Below, in pieces: positions 59,226 through 64,000 of a stretch of DNA of 64,000 bases. This DNA is from the human T2T-CHM13v2.0 reference genome, Homo sapiens, in the NCBI RefSeq assembly GCF_009914755.1, contig NC_060936.1; one strand, written 5' to 3'. Positions within the stretch are counted from its first letter, which is position 1. Every line of letters starts with the position of its first letter. The translations under genes and the position numbers were made by a program. The notes below the pieces were generated by a model, which saw only the letters and a list, made by a program, of their open reading frames with translations, was not told where the DNA came from and did no database searches.

Positions 59226-59519
59226 TTCACCTGCTTCTTTCCTCCTCTTTCATGGCCCCTATGGCCCATCTGATCCTTTCTGAGTTATCCCCCTCATAGC
59301 TCACACCAGGATTTCCTCTTTTCCAAAAACTCTCTTCCCCAAATCCCACACACACTTCTCCCCTTCCTCTCTTCAGCATTAACACATTTTAGACTTTCCA
59401 GCAACTTTAGGGGGATTTTTTTAACAAAGTCTCAAACTTTTAAGACATCTAAAAACTGCTCTGAAAGTCATCATCAAAGTTCATAAGAAGGCAAATGATA
59501 GTAGTAGCAATTATAGTAT

Positions 59520-59975
59520 AATCGAAATAGATTAGTGAACACTATTACCTACATGCACGGTGCTAAGCAGCTTTCATATATTCATTTACTTATCGATTCA
59601 GCAAATATTTCCTGAATACCTACTATGTGCCAGGCACTAGGGATACACTGGTAAACAAGACAGGCAGTTTCTTCCCTTCCCCCTTTATGGTACATCTCAT
59701 TTTAATGAAAGGAGAGAAGCCACAAACAAACAAGTTAATTTATATGTCAAGTGATGATGTGGTATAGAATGGCTGAGGAAGGCTGTGTTTAATCCTCACA
59801 GCAACCCTGTGATACATAGAAACTATTATTGTCATGACTTTACAGATGCAGAATTTAAGGCACAAAGATGTAAACAAAACTCCCACTATTTCAGATGGTA
59901 AGTGATGATCAGGATTTGATCTTGGACTTGCCAACCACCAGAGGCAAGCTCCAAACCACCCTGTCATAGTGCTAT
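59520..59975 (-). mobile_element. MIR and L2 fragments
   Basis: cagcaaatatttcctgaatacctactatgtgccaggcac (L2 end); ttaatcctcacagcaaccctgtga (MIR). Confidence 0.7.
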
Positions 59976-60262
59976 CTACAACCCAGCCTTCTGGTCAGCC
60001 TTCCTTAGCCAGCTCCTTATCCTCTACTCCTAGACTTTCCACTAAAAGAAAGAAATCTATTCTCTTCTTTGATGTCCCCTACTCCCAAGGACAGACATGG
60101 GCTTTTTGCTCCCTGGTATTCATAGTGTACTTCCAGTCCAAATATGTCCCACCCAGTCCTTGGTAAACTGAGGAAAAGTAAGTTTGTGTCTTCATTGGAT
60201 CCTTTCTGCATCATAAGAATATTAAGTATCTATACCTTCCCCATTCTTCTCTTCCTTGCCAC

Positions 60263-60755
<493 letters not shown>

Positions 60756-60774
60756 AAATCAGTGTTATTTTAAA

Positions 60775-61270
60775 GGTCTCAGCACAGGCCGAGAATCCAG
60801 CCGGAAGTAGCGGGTGGTGCTGCGCCGCAGAAGGGCAAGGTGAAGGCGAAGCGGGCTCGGAAGACTAGGGCTCCTCAGGTAGTAGAATGCAGCGGCCGGC
60901 AGATGGCGTCACAGCGGCGGAGGCCATGGCCCTGCGCAAGCGCATTCGGCGATGCCAGGGAGGGCGAAGAAACCCAGCAGCGGGAAGCCGCCTACCGGTG
61001 GGCTAGTGCGGCGGGGGAAGGGAATCGGCCTGCATCCGAGACTCCGCCGCTGTGGCGTGGGACCTCCCCTAAGGAGAAGTGGTGCAGGAGGAAGTGCGTG
61101 GGCCAGCGCAGGCAGAGGCTGCCAGGGCGAGGACGACGATCAGGGAGTTGTCCAGCAGGGTCACCAGATGTTTGCAGAGCACTGCCCAAAACAGAAGGCC
61201 CCGGACGGAACCAAAACCTGAGAGCACCAACAAAACAAGCTCAGTCATGCTGTGCCATTGCCACCGCCAT
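60775..61270 (-). pseudogene. OR10AE3P: OR10-family pseudogene, 5' half only (N-terminus to ECL2), multiple frameshifts
   Basis: Minus-strand pieces TELVLL.LSGF...LVTLLDNSLI, PTHFLLHHFSLGEV (PMYFFL-like), RCDAICRPLH, FTLPFCG, PVLR; acceptor ctccag ends 61286; symbol from recalled synteny. Confidence 0.75.
60781..61210. promoter_or_regulatory. CpG-island-like segment with ETS, YY1-like and NRF1 motifs
   Basis: 33 CpG in 60781-61140 (hand count); CCGGAAGT 60801-60808, AGATGGCG 60901-60908, TGCGCAAGCGCA 60933-60944. Confidence 0.6.
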
Positions 61271-62154
61271 GTCCCCAAGGCCAGACTGGAGGACGGGGCC
61301 AGAGGAGGGCTCGTGCTGCCCCAGGAAGCATCCAGGCAAAGACAAAGGCCGCAGCAGGAAAGCTGTGGGAGAGGCCACAGGAACAGCCCAGCTCTCCTTC
61401 CCGCCCAGAAAACTCCTCTGAACAGGAAGATTAGCCAGGGGAGTTGAGGGAAAATGGCAGGACCTTCCTCAAGGCTGGGGACCTAACGGACACCAGGGTG
61501 GTTCCACTCACCCGAGTTCTGGGCTCTAGGAGCAAAGAGCTGGGACCAGCGGGACAGCTGCCTTTGAGAAAGTGGTTGAGAATATGGGCAGAAAAGTGGG
61601 TGAGCAGACAGAATAAAGCTGACAGGAGATCAGAAGAAAAATGGATCCACCATGAGGTGGAGAGTGAGTGGGAGTGAGAGCAAGAGTGAGAGAGAAGACA
61701 GGATCAAAGACCACGGATAAAGGCCTGGTGGGGCTTCACCTTCAGATGGGGCCCCTCCTGGGCAGCCCTCGCAGCACCTCAATCTCCCCAAGAGCCTAGT
61801 TCGCAGAGCAGAGAGTGGGGAGGGAAAGTAGGCAAGGCAAGATGAAGAAGGGGGAATAAAGTTTTGCCCAGGGACCAGGGAAAAGGAAGTGACTTTCTCC
61901 TGCCTCATCACTGTGCCTAAGCTCCTAGGTCTAGAGTCTCCATCCCAAACAGTGGAGAGACTACATGAGGAGGGGGCTGGGATTTATTTGCGGTCCGTCA
62001 GCAAGGCCTGAATGAAGCTGGGCTCAGAAACCAAGTGTTTCAATGCCTTGGCCGATTTCTATCTGCTAAACTGCCCAGTCCATTGCCCAAAGGGCTGCCT
62101 TCTGCCTTTGTGGCCCATGCGTAGAATTATTCCCTAGCTTAGCTGCCTTCTTCT

Positions 62155-62321
62155 TTTATATATATATAATTTTTTTTATGAGACTCTCTGACACCCAGGT
62201 TGGAGTGCAGTAACACAAACACAGCTCACTGCAACCTGAAACTCCTGGGCTTAAGCGATCCTCCCACTTCAGCCTCCCAAGTAGCTGACACTACAGCACA
62301 CACAACCACATCTGGCTAATT
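62155..62321 (-). mobile_element. Alu right monomer (FRAM/AluJ)
   Basis: ggagtgcagt...ctcctgggcttaagcgatcctccc...tggctaatt. Confidence 0.85.
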
Positions 62322-62337
62322 CTGGAAAGCACTTTTT

Positions 62338-63809
62338 TTTTTAATTTTTTTAGTATTTATTGATCATTCTTGGGTGTTTCTCGGAGAGGGGGATTTGGCA
62401 GGGTCATAGGACAATAGTGGAGGGAAGGTCAGCAGATAAACATGTGAATAAACGTCTCTGGTTTTCCTAGGCAGAGGGCCCTGCGGCCTTCTGCAGTGCT
62501 TGTGTCCCTGGGTACTTGAGATTAGGGAGTGGTGATGACTCTTAACGAGTATGCTGCCTTCAAGCATCTGTTTAGCAAAGCACATCTTGCACCGCCCTTA
62601 ATCCATTTAACCCTTAGTGGACACAGCACATGTTTCAGAGAGCACGGGGTTGGGGGTAAGGTTATAGATTAACAGCATCCCAAGGCAGAAGAATTTTTCT
62701 TAGTACAGAACAAAATGGAGTCTCCTATGTCTACTTCTTTCTACACAGACACAGTAACAATCTGATCTCTCTTTCTTTTCCCCACATTTCCCCCTTTTCT
62801 ATTCGACAAAACCGCCATCGTCATCATGGCCCATTCTCAATGAGCTGTTGGGTACACCTCCCAGACGGGGTGGCGGCAGGGCAGAGGCACACCCCACCTC
62901 CCAGACGGGGCGGCGGCTGGGCGGGGGCTGCCCCCCACCTCCCCGACGGGGCGGCTGGCTGGGTGCCCCCCACCTCCCGGACGGGGCGGCTGCTGGGCGG
63001 AGACGCTCCTCACTTCCCAGACTGGGCGGCTGCCGGGCGGAGGGGCTCCTCACTTCTCAGAGGGGGTGGCCGGTCAGAGACGCTCCTCACCTCCCAGACG
63101 GGGTGGCGGTGGGGCAGAGACACTCCTCAGTTCCCAGACGGGGTCGAGGCCTGGCAGAGGTGCTCTTCACATCTCAGATGGGGTGGCGGGGCAGAGGCGC
63201 TGCCCACATCCCAGACGATGGGCGGCCGGGCAGAGACGCTCCTCACTTCCTAGACGGGATGACGGCCGGGAAGAGGCGCTCCTCACTTCCCAGACTGGGT
63301 GGCCCGGCAGAGGGGCTCCTCACATCCCAGACGATGGGCGGCCAGGCAGAGACGCTCCTCACTTCCTAGATGGGGTGGCGGCCGGGCAGAGGCTGCAATC
63401 TCGGCACTTTGGGAGGCCAAGGCAGGCAGCTGGGAGGTGGAGGTTGTAGCGAGCCGAGATCACGCCACTGCACTCCAGCCTGGGCAACATTGAGCACTGA
63501 GTGAGCGAGACTCTGTCTGCAATCCCGGCTCCTCGGGAGGCCGAGGCTGGCAGATCATTCGCGGTCAGGAGCTGGAGACCAGCCCGGCCAACACGGTGAA
63601 ATCCCGTCTCCACCAAAAAATACGAAAACCAGTCAGGCGTGGCGGCGCGCGCCTGCAATCCCAGGCACTCAGCAGGCTGAGGCAGGAGAATCAGGCAGGG
63701 AGGTTGCAGTGAGTCGAGATGGCGGCAGTACAGTCCAGCCTCGGCTCGGCATCAGAGAGAGACCGTGCAGAGAGGGAGAGGGGTGAGGGGACAGGGGAGA
63801 GGGGAGAGG
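62338..63809 (-). mobile_element. Full-length SVA (older subfamily, SVA_A/B-like)
   Basis: T-tail plus tttatt, SINE-R (62355-62850), GC-rich VNTR (62850-63390), antisense Alu-like (63390-63755), degenerate hexamer repeat; TSD acttttt 62331-62337 / 63810-63816 followed by AA. Confidence 0.95.
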
Positions 63810-64000
63810 ACTTTTTAAAAATCCTTTTGTAAAACAGTGCTAATCTTCAAAGAAAACCACTGAATGAGAAACAGGCCTGACTTGTGGGAGAACTTCGCAA
63901 CCCAGCTGAGGGGTTCAGCCCACTCCCTAGCTGCTGCAAAAGATTTCAATATTGTCTGTCCTTTAGAAATAGGAAACATTTTCTTAGATCTGAGTTGGGG

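Noticed and set aside
60840-61421. 193-aa plus-strand ORF
   Set aside because: GTG start, antisense to a GC-rich OR pseudogene where stops are scarce; no recognisable domain.
62840-63449. Overlapping repetitive ORFs and repeat array resembling CRISPR
   Set aside because: SVA VNTR; tandem units with no unique spacers and no cas genes; eukaryotic context.

Overview
Primate (almost certainly human) genomic DNA from the edge of an olfactory-receptor (OR) cluster. It contains one intact OR gene (OR10P1, 51472-52413, +), a single-frameshift OR6-family pseudogene (26203-27137, +; probably OR6U2P) and a half-length CpG-rich OR10-family pseudogene (about 60775-61270, -; probably OR10AE3P). From recall this order fits human 12q13.2; no search was run. 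The first 21 kb is a nested stack of same-orientation LINE-1s, including two full-length but inactivated L1PA copies. The rest is Alu, MIR, L2, LTR/ERVL, DNA-transposon fossils and one SVA. There are no prokaryotic features, CRISPR arrays, tRNA or rRNA genes, and I found no new protein-coding system. Five observations stand out. (1) The two full-length L1s have UTRs from different subfamilies but share the same ORF2 nonsense codon, the same frameshift and about 8 other non-consensus variants, which points to gene conversion between neighbours. (2) An exact 87-bp copy of sequence downstream of OR10P1 is pasted into an LTR 2.6 kb away. (3) The OR10AE3P remnant is CpG-island-like and carries ETS, YY1 and NRF1 motifs. 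(4) There is an unexplained inverted repeat with arms of about 300 bp at 35.2-36.4 kb. (5) Tandem CTCF motifs sit near the L1-rich to Alu-rich transition, and there are several candidate L1 3' transductions. Repeat subfamily names and consensus comparisons come from memory, and boundaries of old repeats are approximate.
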